The notes under the pieces were generated by a model that was given only the letters and a program-made list of their open reading frames with translations, was not told where the DNA came from and ran no database searches. 64,000 nucleotides of DNA from a virus. A program made the translations under genes and the position numbers. Position 1 is the stretch's first letter. Each line of letters opens with the position of its first letter. The stretch covers positions 1 to 64,000 of IMG/VR virus record IMGVR_UViG_3300005573_000006, one strand, 5' to 3'. Positions 40,549 to 49,730 of this stretch are shown here, piece by piece.

Positions 40549-41442
40549 TTATATATCACCACAAAGCAATAATTCTATACCCCTTTTAAGATTTTCCGCG
40601 TAATGCCTACTTGTCCATTTAGACATAATATATTCGTGTCCGCCCTTCGTTCCCTTCAATTTTTTTATAGCATCTCGAATTGCATTTTCTTCTGGTTTAA
40701 CAACTAAACCAACGCCAGATTCTTCTACATATTCAATATTTTTTGGAGAATCATTCATTACTATTGGCGGAACATTACATGCAAGTGATTCCAATGTCAT
40801 TCTTTGTCCACCGCCCCAAAAAGATGCAGTGTTTACTGCTGTATGAGACATATTTATATATTTAACTAGTTCATTTACATCCATTTCATCATGAACTTCA
40901 ACTCCTTTTTCTACACATATATTATAACAATGATCTTCTGTTGAATCTCCTTTTCTACCTATAGCAATGCCTTTATTCCCCAATGCTGCAGAAAACAAAT
41001 CGTGTCTTTTCCAATTACAAAATGTTCCCCAAAAAGCACCATCATATTTTTTTTCTAAATCCATTGGTTTAAACGAATCTTCATTAATACCAAAAGCCCT
41101 AATCCATGGTCTGCCGAAATATTCTAACTCTTCTTCATTTATTTTACTTTCTACAAAATATAAATCAAATCCAGTTACATTATCATAAGTTATTGGGCCG
41201 CCACCAAATAATATTGCTTTTTTAAACGGCAGTTTGACTACTTCTGGTTTATATTTATGATCACATAATGGACCCCAAAACAATACAACATCTGGATTAA
41301 ACTCATATATTTTTTTATCATTAGGTTCTAGATAAATAATATCATAATCTTCTTCCAATCTCTTCATTGCTCGCCAAAGTCCATCTTTACACTGATTACC
41401 AAACCTATGTATTCCATTCCAAAGAAATGCTATTTTATTCAT
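40549..41442 (-). CDS. GT-B (GT4-like) glycosyltransferase
   Basis: FGINEDSFKP, G.F..WKRH, GGQRMTLESLACNVP. Confidence 0.85.
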   Translation of the reverse strand: MNKIAFLWNGIHRFGNQCKDGLWRAMKRLEEDYDIIYLEPNDKKIYEFNPDVVLFWGPLCDHKYKPEVVKLPFKKAILFGGGPITYDNVTGFDLYFVESKINEEELEYFGRPWIRAFGINEDSFKPMDLEKKYDGAFWGTFCNWKRHDLFSAALGNKGIAIGRKGDSTEDHCYNICVEKGVEVHDEMDVNELVKYINMSHTAVNTASFWGGGQRMTLESLACNVPPIVMNDSPKNIEYVEESGVGLVVKPEENAIRDAIKKLKGTKGGHEYIMSKWTSRHYAENLKRGIELLLCGDI

Positions 41443-41766
41443 TTATTTACCCAGTATTTTATTCCAAAAATCAGCACCAATACCGCTATCCGTATCATTT
41501 TGTCGTTTAGACTGGATAGCTTCGTCTTCTTCATATTTTTGCATCAAATCATTTACTCCGGTATTGCCAGGATTATCTTTGTCTTCCCAGTTAACGTCAA
41601 CCTCAACGGTAGCGCCACAAAGTAAACATTTCATTGATACAAGTGTGGTTGTTCCTCCAGATATTTGCATTTTTGTTTTACTATCATCAAAAACATGATG
41701 TCCAGCAGCACAACCAGTTTCTTTACTACCAATTTTTTCTACTTTTGTTAAATCTACTTCTTCCAT
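41443..41766 (-). CDS. small Zn-binding hypothetical protein
   Basis: C...HH...CLLC. Confidence 0.55.
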   Translation of the reverse strand: MEEVDLTKVEKIGSKETGCAAGHHVFDDSKTKMQISGGTTTLVSMKCLLCGATVEVDVNWEDKDNPGNTGVNDLMQKYEEDEAIQSKRQNDTDSGIGADFWNKILGK

Positions 41767-41767
41767 A

Positions 41768-44209
41768 TTATTTATTAAATACTTCAATCCATTTTTCACA
41801 TGTTTTTTCCCATGTAAATGATTTTGCGTATTCAATTAATTCTTTTCTCATTAATTCATATTTATTTACATTAGTAATATATTCTACAATTTTATCAGCA
41901 ACTTCTTCTACATTTTCAACACCATAATCAACGCCTTCTCTGATATTTCTGTCCCAGTTTGTATAATTCACATCAGAATGTATTTTAATACCCTTACAAA
42001 ATTCACCCTGAGCAAACACATCTGTTGTCAATGGAATACAACCAGCCAACATTGCCTTCATACCACTTATAAATCCTATTTCGAAAAAGTTACTCGGATA
42101 TAATAATAGTCCTGCTTCTAAATATTTATCAGTAATTTTGTCTTGCGATAGTTTTATACCACTATCCTCGGTCATAATACCCATATCTTTTAGTTCTTGC
42201 ATTTCGTTGATAGCATCAGATTTCCACTTCATCATATCATTATCATTAGAAAATTCTACATCCCAAACATTAAAACCATAATAATGGGCAAATTTAAGTT
42301 TTGATTTCAGTTCGTCCGATAATTTATTATAAGCAAGTTTAACCGCTTTTATTGATGTCCTGATACCCCTATCTGGAGAAGATGTATTAAGTATCAAATA
42401 AGGATTTTTAACAACAGTATTTCTTTTCTTATCAAACTCATCTATGTCTAATCCATGTGGTATAACAATAGCTTTATCATCTGGAATATTTGTATAATAA
42501 TCCCTTTGAACCTTGCTTTTGAATAAAACACCAGTTACTTTCTTTAATCTAGATGGCGTAAACTCGGCCGGAGGCACTACATCATGTATATCTACAAATA
42601 TTTTGTCTGAATTAATATCAAAATCAAGATATCTTGGTGCTCTCCAAATAATAGTTATATCTTGTTTATCCCCACAATTCCATCCCATAAATGGTTTCCA
42701 AAAAACACCATCAACAACATACTCTTGTTGTCTTGGAGTATTACAATAAACCGTAACGTTATATCCATTGTTTTTAATTCTTTTTGCTAATTGAACTATT
42801 GCTTCTTCGGATCCACCAAACCCATCTGTTATTGCTGTCCCTGGATACCATTCATGAACGGTAAATCCACAATAAATAACAACATCTTTACCGGAAGATT
42901 CTGTTTTTACAATATATCTATTTCTTAAAGACACAAGTGGCGGATAAAACTTCATATCTTCCGGGACAGATTCAAGTAGTTTTATTATTTCTTCCTTAGA
43001 CTTGAGGCTTTTTGCTTTTTTATAAATATTATCGGCAAAATCAAATTTCTTTACTTCACCACTAAGTGATTTGATTAAATCTTTTATTTTAGTATCTTTC
43101 GGTCTAATTTTTAGACATTTTCTAAAGTTCTTGATGGCGTCTCTTGGTTTATTTATAGCTAAATATGCCTTACCGAGTAGAAGTCGAGAATTATAAGTAT
43201 AATCTAGGGGATTCCATACTATCATTTCTGTCTCTAATGGATCTTTAGTAAAACCCATTTCAAACATTTCTATAGCATTTCTGTGTTTGCCTATATCAGA
43301 ATACATTTGTCCCAACAAAAAATATGGGTCCGGATACCATGGCCTAAGAGAAAGTGCTTCTAATGCGCATCCTATCCCCCTAGCATAATCTTTTATATTT
43401 TTATATGCTATTGCAAGTCTCTGCCAAGATAAAAATCTTTCTTCGTCCGAGTTAGATAGGTCTAAAAACTGTAAATATATTTCTATCGCTTTATGATTTT
43501 GCCCGGACATTAAATATGAATTTGCTAGGTTCCAATAACTATGAGGATCTTTTGGGTTTTCTATAACAGCTTTTTCTGCTATTTCAACATTTCTTAAGGC
43601 AGAATTGGCAGTTCTTTCTTTATCGGTAAGATGTAATACATTAATATCTTTGTTTAAAACAGAAGTTATTTCTCTGTTTTCCTGAAAATCTTCATGTATT
43701 TGATTAACCCATTTAACACAACCATCATTTCTTACAATGCGTGTTTTTAGATGTTCAACTATTGGATTACCGTATTCGTCAAAGTCATATTTATATTTCA
43801 AGATAATAGCATCAACATGATTTTGATATGCTGTTTCTACAACATTTCTAATAAGTTGAGGATTTTCCCATATATCATCCGTATCCGTCCACACGATCAT
43901 GTCATATTCAGGCGGAACTTGAGAAAAATTAAAATTTCGTGCCGCAGAAAAATCATTAATCCACTCAAATTTAGAAATATTTGCATTATATTTTTTAGCT
44001 ACCTCTACACATTTATCATTATCTCCAGTTATTGTAATAAATATTCCATCTACATATTTTGCCAATCCATCGGTTTTAGATATATCTATATTTTTATGAT
44101 AATCACTTAATTGTGATTTTTTTATTCCGCCAAGACATCTGTCTAAAAGTTCAGATTCTCTATCTGATCCTTTAACAATCATACATAATGCTAATTTAAG
44201 TTTATTCAT
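41768..44209 (-). CDS. GT2-TPR-GT4 multidomain (protein) glycosyltransferase
   Basis: LALCMIVK, DFSAARN, WTDTDD, WVNQIHE; TPR repeats; GFGGSEEA, SSPDRG, YPS.F.E...IS.MKA. Confidence 0.9.
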   Translation of the reverse strand: MNKLKLALCMIVKGSDRESELLDRCLGGIKKSQLSDYHKNIDISKTDGLAKYVDGIFITITGDNDKCVEVAKKYNANISKFEWINDFSAARNFNFSQVPPEYDMIVWTDTDDIWENPQLIRNVVETAYQNHVDAIILKYKYDFDEYGNPIVEHLKTRIVRNDGCVKWVNQIHEDFQENREITSVLNKDINVLHLTDKERTANSALRNVEIAEKAVIENPKDPHSYWNLANSYLMSGQNHKAIEIYLQFLDLSNSDEERFLSWQRLAIAYKNIKDYARGIGCALEALSLRPWYPDPYFLLGQMYSDIGKHRNAIEMFEMGFTKDPLETEMIVWNPLDYTYNSRLLLGKAYLAINKPRDAIKNFRKCLKIRPKDTKIKDLIKSLSGEVKKFDFADNIYKKAKSLKSKEEIIKLLESVPEDMKFYPPLVSLRNRYIVKTESSGKDVVIYCGFTVHEWYPGTAITDGFGGSEEAIVQLAKRIKNNGYNVTVYCNTPRQQEYVVDGVFWKPFMGWNCGDKQDITIIWRAPRYLDFDINSDKIFVDIHDVVPPAEFTPSRLKKVTGVLFKSKVQRDYYTNIPDDKAIVIPHGLDIDEFDKKRNTVVKNPYLILNTSSPDRGIRTSIKAVKLAYNKLSDELKSKLKFAHYYGFNVWDVEFSNDNDMMKWKSDAINEMQELKDMGIMTEDSGIKLSQDKITDKYLEAGLLLYPSNFFEIGFISGMKAMLAGCIPLTTDVFAQGEFCKGIKIHSDVNYTNWDRNIREGVDYGVENVEEVADKIVEYITNVNKYELMRKELIEYAKSFTWEKTCEKWIEVFNK

Positions 44210-44210
44210 A

Positions 44211-44615
44211 TTAGTATTTAGATGAAACCCTAAATTGTGGAAATTCATTATAAAACCACTCGGCCTCATTGAGTTTTTTATTTGCTTCTTCAGACAAAAA
44301 CGGCGGATCTTTTATTACCATATTTATTCTGGTATGTAAAGAGCTTGGTATACTAAACAATACCCTAATATCGCTTGCATCATCGGCAGAAAATTCATTT
44401 TTACTTAACTCTCTCCTTCTTTTTAAATTATTCTGAAACTTATCCATTTCAGAGCCGTATTTTTGTTGCCATATTTCTACCATAATTCTAATAATTCTTC
44501 TTCTTTCACTTTCTTCTGGATATTTATCTATAATAAATTTAGTAATACCAGCAAAAATAGGGTCGCTAAAAGTTTGCTCTTGAATAAATTTTTCAAGTTG
44601 TTTATTATCTTCCAT
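44211..44615 (-). CDS. hypothetical protein downstream of the capsid gene
   Basis: 134 aa ORF; SIP...WF..EFPQFRV. Confidence 0.65.
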   Translation of the reverse strand: MEDNKQLEKFIQEQTFSDPIFAGITKFIIDKYPEESERRRIIRIMVEIWQQKYGSEMDKFQNNLKRRRELSKNEFSADDASDIRVLFSIPSSLHTRINMVIKDPPFLSEEANKKLNEAEWFYNEFPQFRVSSKY

Positions 44616-44646
44616 ATTATTTTAGAGTGCTAATTTATTTTTACTT

Positions 44647-44709
44647 ATTAGTTGCGTTCACTATGCCTCAGACAATCCATAGTGACAGAAAGTCCGAGAC
44701 ACAACCAAT
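44647..44709 (-). ncRNA. candidate pseudoknotted RNA element 3' of the major capsid gene
   Basis: 11-bp closing stem enclosing interleaved 7-bp and 8-bp helices; three G-U pairs set the strand as minus. Confidence 0.6.
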
Positions 44710-44725
44710 TCTATTAGGTTATTCC

Positions 44726-45625
44726 TTAATCATAATCGAATCCGTCAGCGTAGAAGTTAATCGTCTTATTTCTGACTTCGAGAGTCAAATCACCTACAAC
44801 TGCGCGGAAATCATAATCGCCCGCTCTTTGCAAACCAGTATCAAGATATGGATTACGCAAATAGGCAATTCTCAATGTATCAGGTTTGACACCCAATACT
44901 GCACCCGCTGTGACCACCCTGTGGTAATGAGCATTAAGCCTTCCAAAAGAAGTGCTAATGACATCAACCGCCTGGGCAACCTCGTTAGCAGGAACCTGAA
45001 CCAGAGTGCTTGACTTTTGTGTAAATGTATCCATCACATATTTCAGGAAGGACCCCATAAACACGTCGGTAGCAGCATCGCCATTCGAGTTTTCCACATT
45101 TGCCCGCATTAATCCGTTTAAGATTGAAGCAGCAAAAGCGGTACCAGAAGAATGAGAAGTATGATTTGTGGCCTGTGAAGTACCGTAAATTATACCGTTC
45201 ATCTTTGGTGTCGTTCCAGAAGCGCCAGAAGTAAGTGCACTAAGTACTAAATCGTACTCAGCGGCATTACCCCATTCCTTAAGCGCTTTTGTAGTCTGGC
45301 GAGCAAGTTCATTCTCCCCAAAATAGTGTTGAACCAACTGTTGAGTTCGCGAAACCTTAAACGGAATCGCAATTTTTTCAACTATATTGGTAACTAAAGA
45401 AGGAAGAGTTCTAGCAGCGGCGGTAAAATCATCAGCCTCAGAAACGGCCGCGGATGCGGTTGTTCTGAGTGTATCCGTCATAGTGCTATGAACTGTGCTA
45501 ATAGCGGTTGTTTTGCCTAAATTTTGTAAGAACCAGGTTTCTGATGCTGTTAAAATTTCAATCAATCCAACAACATCAGCTTTTATGTTTACGTCTTGAT
45601 AACTTCGGACAATATTATCAGCCAA
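44726..45625 (-). CDS. major capsid protein (SU10/DUF5309-like), TTG start
   Basis: N......F.VS.TQ, ELARQ..KA.KE....E..L, M.GI, STSFG, A.LR, L...GD.....V.G..TLEVRN; follows the scaffold gene. Confidence 0.85.
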   Translation of the reverse strand: MADNIVRSYQDVNIKADVVGLIEILTASETWFLQNLGKTTAISTVHSTMTDTLRTTASAAVSEADDFTAAARTLPSLVTNIVEKIAIPFKVSRTQQLVQHYFGENELARQTTKALKEWGNAAEYDLVLSALTSGASGTTPKMNGIIYGTSQATNHTSHSSGTAFAASILNGLMRANVENSNGDAATDVFMGSFLKYVMDTFTQKSSTLVQVPANEVAQAVDVISTSFGRLNAHYHRVVTAGAVLGVKPDTLRIAYLRNPYLDTGLQRAGDYDFRAVVGDLTLEVRNKTINFYADGFDYD

Positions 45626-45637
45626 GTTTTTTTGACA

Positions 45638-46465
45638 CTATAGTCCAAGAACTTCTGAAACTAATGCCTGTTGTTCTTCAAGAGAAGATTTCCCAGACAC
45701 TACCCGTTTCCCCAGTTCTTCGACTTTTTTAGTGTCGAATTTAGTTTTGTTACTTGGGGTAACTATCGGGTTTTTTGTAGTCGCTTCTTTTGCCTTAAGT
45801 TCAATTAGATCCTTGAGAGGAGAAGTCTCATAAGCCTCAATATAAGATATGCCTTTTGCTTTTGCAATTAATGCAACTTCTTCGGCAACCTCATGGGCAT
45901 TAGGATACTTCCTTTCTAGAGATAATAACTGATTATCGTGCTCTAATTTCTCAAGACGCTTCTCCAACTCCGGGTCAGATGGTTCTTTTTTAGGAGCCAC
46001 TTCCGGTTTGGTTTCTTGCGGTTTCTGCGGAGGATTTAAAACCAAATCTGTCAAATATGTTTCTAACTCTTTTATATCAGTCTTGCCAAATTTTTGAGTA
46101 AGATTTGTTAAAATCTTCTCTGCTTCTCTGGCTTTAGCAATATTTTGATCGCCAACCAAACTGTTCAAATTTGTTAGAAACTTTTGAGCATCTTCTAGTT
46201 TCTCGAATTTTCTACCCGTAGAAGTCTCTATTAACTTAAGTGCAACGGTGTTCGCATCTACACCGTCAGAAGAGATTTCCTGAGTAGCAACATCCGCTGT
46301 GCCTCCTGATGGCTTAGCAACCTCGGGTTCTGTAATTGGATTCATTACACCACCCGTTTTTTGCTGTTGAATACCTTCCGAGATACGCTCGCGGATTGCC
46401 TCCGCTTCGCTTGTCCCTTCGGTTTCTACAGGGTCGGCTACGTCTTCGGGTTTGTTGTTATTCAT
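45638..46465 (-). CDS. capsid scaffolding protein
   Basis: Acidic disordered N-terminus and helical coiled coil; directly upstream of the capsid gene. Confidence 0.7.
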   Translation of the reverse strand: MNNNKPEDVADPVETEGTSEAEAIRERISEGIQQQKTGGVMNPITEPEVAKPSGGTADVATQEISSDGVDANTVALKLIETSTGRKFEKLEDAQKFLTNLNSLVGDQNIAKAREAEKILTNLTQKFGKTDIKELETYLTDLVLNPPQKPQETKPEVAPKKEPSDPELEKRLEKLEHDNQLLSLERKYPNAHEVAEEVALIAKAKGISYIEAYETSPLKDLIELKAKEATTKNPIVTPSNKTKFDTKKVEELGKRVVSGKSSLEEQQALVSEVLGL

Positions 46466-46473
46466 TTTTTACG

Positions 46474-46642
46474 ATAGATACGCCTTGTATTCCCATAAGA
46501 TAGAATGACATAAGTCAAGCAATTTCTTTTGGGGATAACTCGGCATACCTATTATTAAACTCCCTCGAGTTATCGGATTCCATCGACCTAATGAATCCCA
46601 GGAAGCGCGGATATATTATCCGCAACTCTTGGCATTCATCTA
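46474..46642 (-). ncRNA. candidate multi-hairpin structured RNA in the scaffold/capsid leader
   Basis: Closing helix TAGATGAATGCC/GGCGTATCTA enclosing at least four hairpins. Confidence 0.55.
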
Positions 46643-46975
46643 TTCAACAACTTTGTAAAGTTCTTGTCCCTTTTCTTTTTTTTCTAATATAGACATTATC
46701 ATATCTGCATCAGCCACATAACCTTCTATTAATGTTTGAATTTCAGAAAGATAATCAGCCGCCATAGCCCTTCCTTCAACTAAAATTTCTGCTTTTTTAT
46801 TAGAAGATAATAAAGATTTTTTAATATCTCTTATGTCAACTAATCCCTTAATCATACTATCTATTATTGGTTTTACAAGTTCAAGCCATTCACGAGACTG
46901 CAAAAAATTTCGAGCCATATTGCCGAACTCTATTCTTCTTTTTTGCTCGGTTTCTATTTCTTTTGTTTTATCCAT
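46640..46975 (-). CDS. hypothetical head-module protein
   Basis: 111 aa between portal and scaffold; own promoter TTGATA-17-TAGAAT ending 8 nt before the ATG. Confidence 0.7.
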   Translation of the reverse strand: MDKTKEIETEQKRRIEFGNMARNFLQSREWLELVKPIIDSMIKGLVDIRDIKKSLLSSNKKAEILVEGRAMAADYLSEIQTLIEGYVADADMIMSILEKKEKGQELYKVVE

Positions 46976-47015
46976 TTTATATTATTCTAACACAAAACAA
47001 CGATTTTATCAAGTG

Positions 47016-48971
47016 TTATCCACCGAACTGCGTCATAGGGGTACTAATATTTAGCCTTGATTCAAGAGGTGCTTGTGTTTGAATAGGTTGTTGAACAGCA
47101 CCCCCTATTTGTGGCATACCAGCCGCATTTTCAAAAGCAGTTCCTTCATTTGGTAATTCTTGTGGCATTTCTTTTAATAATCTACCAACCTGGCTTGCCC
47201 CAGGAGAAAGTATTGGTACCTGTGGCTTTTCCAAGAACAATTCTCCCTTTATACCCATAAGATTAAACATTTCTCTCAGCACGGCGTCGGTATTTAGTTT
47301 AGAAGCCACTGGTAATCTGGAAAACGCTATAAGCGCATCTCTAAGTTGTTGAACCGCAACAACTCTATTAAACCTTTCATCGGTTATCATTATATCAACA
47401 TCAACATCGGTATCAAATAAATCAGTAGAATACTTCATAAATCTACTTTTACCCATACTCTTTAAATACTTAAGTTGTTTATCCTTAAATTTTTCTATCT
47501 CAATATCATCTGGCAAAAATCCGGTTTTATTTAGTGCTTGTAATTTGAACTCATTTACTCTATGATTAATGATGGCCTCGTCAATAAACGCTAAAGAATC
47601 AGCATCTCCGGTTATTTTTATAATATCTTCCGCTTCTAATATCTTTTTTAGAAGTGGGAGATATTGTCTAGTTATTAATCTTTCAACAAAAAACCCTATT
47701 CCTTCTTGAACTAATACAAATGTGTCTCTTATGTTTCTATCTTGTGTTAACGTTGCCGTTGCCGAAGCCGATGGCCTTCCTGCCTCGCCACGGTTAATAT
47801 CAAACGAACTTGTAACCCTATCTGCCATTAAATAAGCCCTATCTTCATCCGTATACGAAGATTGTCTATAATCTTGAACATTTAACTGTTTTACATCCCT
47901 GTCTATATCAGTAACCGGTATACCGCCACCGGCAGAAATAGAACTAATCATATCTGGTGTTAATCCAGAACCTTTTCTAATCAAAAATATGCCATTTCCT
48001 AATACCATATTATTACTTTTTCTGGTATTAACAATTAAGTTGACATATTCTTGTAAATCAAATAACATTTCTGCAACACCACGACCATACCATCTACCAT
48101 CTATTTTTCTATACCACGCCTCTTCGTATGGTTTTATTCCGTCTTCTCTCGGATTTTCCCGTATTAAATGTATTATCGATGGAGTTCCAGAACCAGAAGC
48201 AACAATGTGCCCTTCTATCCACGTATCTTCATCTTTATCATCTTCGGTAATCCAAGACTTTTTTATTTTCCCCCATCTTTCCCATACTTCAGTATAAGGC
48301 ACTTTAGTTTTAGTAAGCAACTTATCAACTATTGTTTTTGGGACATTTGGTGAAAAATTAATATATTCTATATTTTTCCAAACACCTTTGTATTCATTTA
48401 TTTCATCAGTTGATAATCTTTCTCTTTCTATCACCGGTCCTTCTTGCAATGTATCTGCAGTTGGATCTACCCAGAGATTATTTATATCAACAATTTTAGA
48501 CCTAATTACTCTTTTCTTTGTTGCCGGATCTATACAATCATATGTTTTCACTACAACCGTTCCATCTCTTGACAAAACACGTATAAGATTATTCAATAAC
48601 TGTCCAAATCCTATTTTTTTCAATAAATTTAAAATTAATGCCCTAATTATTGGAACTCTATTAACAGCCTCTGGTGTTCCTGGTTGTATTAAAATATCTT
48701 TTGTATCTAAATCTACGCTTTTTACAACAGATTCTACAGACCATTCCGTTAATGGTACCCATGTTTTTCTCTCCCCGGTAACCTCATCATTAGGATTTTC
48801 AAACTTTCCCATATAATACCGACGAGCCTGATCAATAACATTACGCATCAAATACTGAAGTTTTTCTGACACAAAAACTGCAGCATCATCCCATTGTGTT
48901 TTTTCAGAAATGATTGTTTCTAATGCTTCTCTTTCGTATTTATTTGGTACATATCCAGAAAGTTTATTCAT
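47016..48971 (-). CDS. portal protein
   Basis: 651 aa; E.WG, PY........GR.YGRGVAE.L...Q..VN, SASAT; head-module position. Confidence 0.85.
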   Translation of the reverse strand: MNKLSGYVPNKYEREALETIISEKTQWDDAAVFVSEKLQYLMRNVIDQARRYYMGKFENPNDEVTGERKTWVPLTEWSVESVVKSVDLDTKDILIQPGTPEAVNRVPIIRALILNLLKKIGFGQLLNNLIRVLSRDGTVVVKTYDCIDPATKKRVIRSKIVDINNLWVDPTADTLQEGPVIERERLSTDEINEYKGVWKNIEYINFSPNVPKTIVDKLLTKTKVPYTEVWERWGKIKKSWITEDDKDEDTWIEGHIVASGSGTPSIIHLIRENPREDGIKPYEEAWYRKIDGRWYGRGVAEMLFDLQEYVNLIVNTRKSNNMVLGNGIFLIRKGSGLTPDMISSISAGGGIPVTDIDRDVKQLNVQDYRQSSYTDEDRAYLMADRVTSSFDINRGEAGRPSASATATLTQDRNIRDTFVLVQEGIGFFVERLITRQYLPLLKKILEAEDIIKITGDADSLAFIDEAIINHRVNEFKLQALNKTGFLPDDIEIEKFKDKQLKYLKSMGKSRFMKYSTDLFDTDVDVDIMITDERFNRVVAVQQLRDALIAFSRLPVASKLNTDAVLREMFNLMGIKGELFLEKPQVPILSPGASQVGRLLKEMPQELPNEGTAFENAAGMPQIGGAVQQPIQTQAPLESRLNISTPMTQFGG

Positions 48972-48973
48972 AT

Positions 48974-49693
48974 TTATTTGTAATTTTTATATAAAGCCTT
49001 AAAATAAAATTTTTGTTCTACATCCGGATGTGCCTCTAATGTCCTCATTCTCGCTATTCCGTTCACCCATCTATTTTCTGCTATTCTCATATCGTTAAGT
49101 TTCCCATATTTTCTAAATACATCAATAAGCATGCCTTCTGTCAATACGCTTAAAAAATCTGCCGGAATATTGGGAATATCACTAGAAGATGTCATTTCGT
49201 TTGGTCTTTTTATCCAAAAAATATATAAGTTATTATTTCCGGTCTTAGTATAATCATCAGAACCCGGAATAGGAGCTATCCATATAGACCTGTCTTTAAA
49301 CCAATACTTTGGAGCATTTTTACTATAAAGACTGTTTAAATCAGTATCTAAAATGGTTGGACCGGGTATTTCTTGTAAAGACATTGGTGTAGCAACACGC
49401 CAGTTTGTATCATCATATGATATTTCTACTCTTTGTATTTTTATCAATCCACCACCATATGTGGTTGTAGAATCTACCGGTAATGGATATTCACGTTGAC
49501 CAGAAACTAAATCTGTATAAGATATTTCCGCATATAAATCTTCGTTTAGATCAATAAGTTCACGAACCATTAATCTAAAATATTTATTTGCAAGTCTTAA
49601 AAGATCAGAATCTATTAAAGTCGTACTGTCTTTACCAGCACTAAAACGCACATCTGAATACACATTAGAAAGAGTTTGATAAGTCGAAGTCAT
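48974..49693 (-). CDS. head-tail adaptor protein
   Basis: L..LAN, LVSGQREYPLP.D, I.RVE, P..W....I.I.PIP, P.IP..F. Confidence 0.7.
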   Translation of the reverse strand: MTSTYQTLSNVYSDVRFSAGKDSTTLIDSDLLRLANKYFRLMVRELIDLNEDLYAEISYTDLVSGQREYPLPVDSTTTYGGGLIKIQRVEISYDDTNWRVATPMSLQEIPGPTILDTDLNSLYSKNAPKYWFKDRSIWIAPIPGSDDYTKTGNNNLYIFWIKRPNEMTSSSDIPNIPADFLSVLTEGMLIDVFRKYGKLNDMRIAENRWVNGIARMRTLEAHPDVEQKFYFKALYKNYK

Positions 49694-49701
49694 TTCTTTA
49701 T

Positions 49702-49730
49702 ATTATAACACAAACAAAAATGATTATCAA
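49702..49730 (-). promoter_or_regulatory. sigma70 promoter, near-leaderless
   Basis: TTGATA, 17 nt, TGT-TATAAT, 8 nt, ATG 49693. Confidence 0.75.

Noticed and set aside
44647-44709. HDV-like/theta ribozyme identity for the post-capsid element
   Set aside because: Lacks P3, P1.1, P4 and the catalytic J4/2 strand; kept only as an unclassified structure.
44627-45013. 128-aa plus-strand ORF and similar short ORFs opposite structural genes
   Set aside because: Antisense to well-supported genes, with no motifs or initiation signals.
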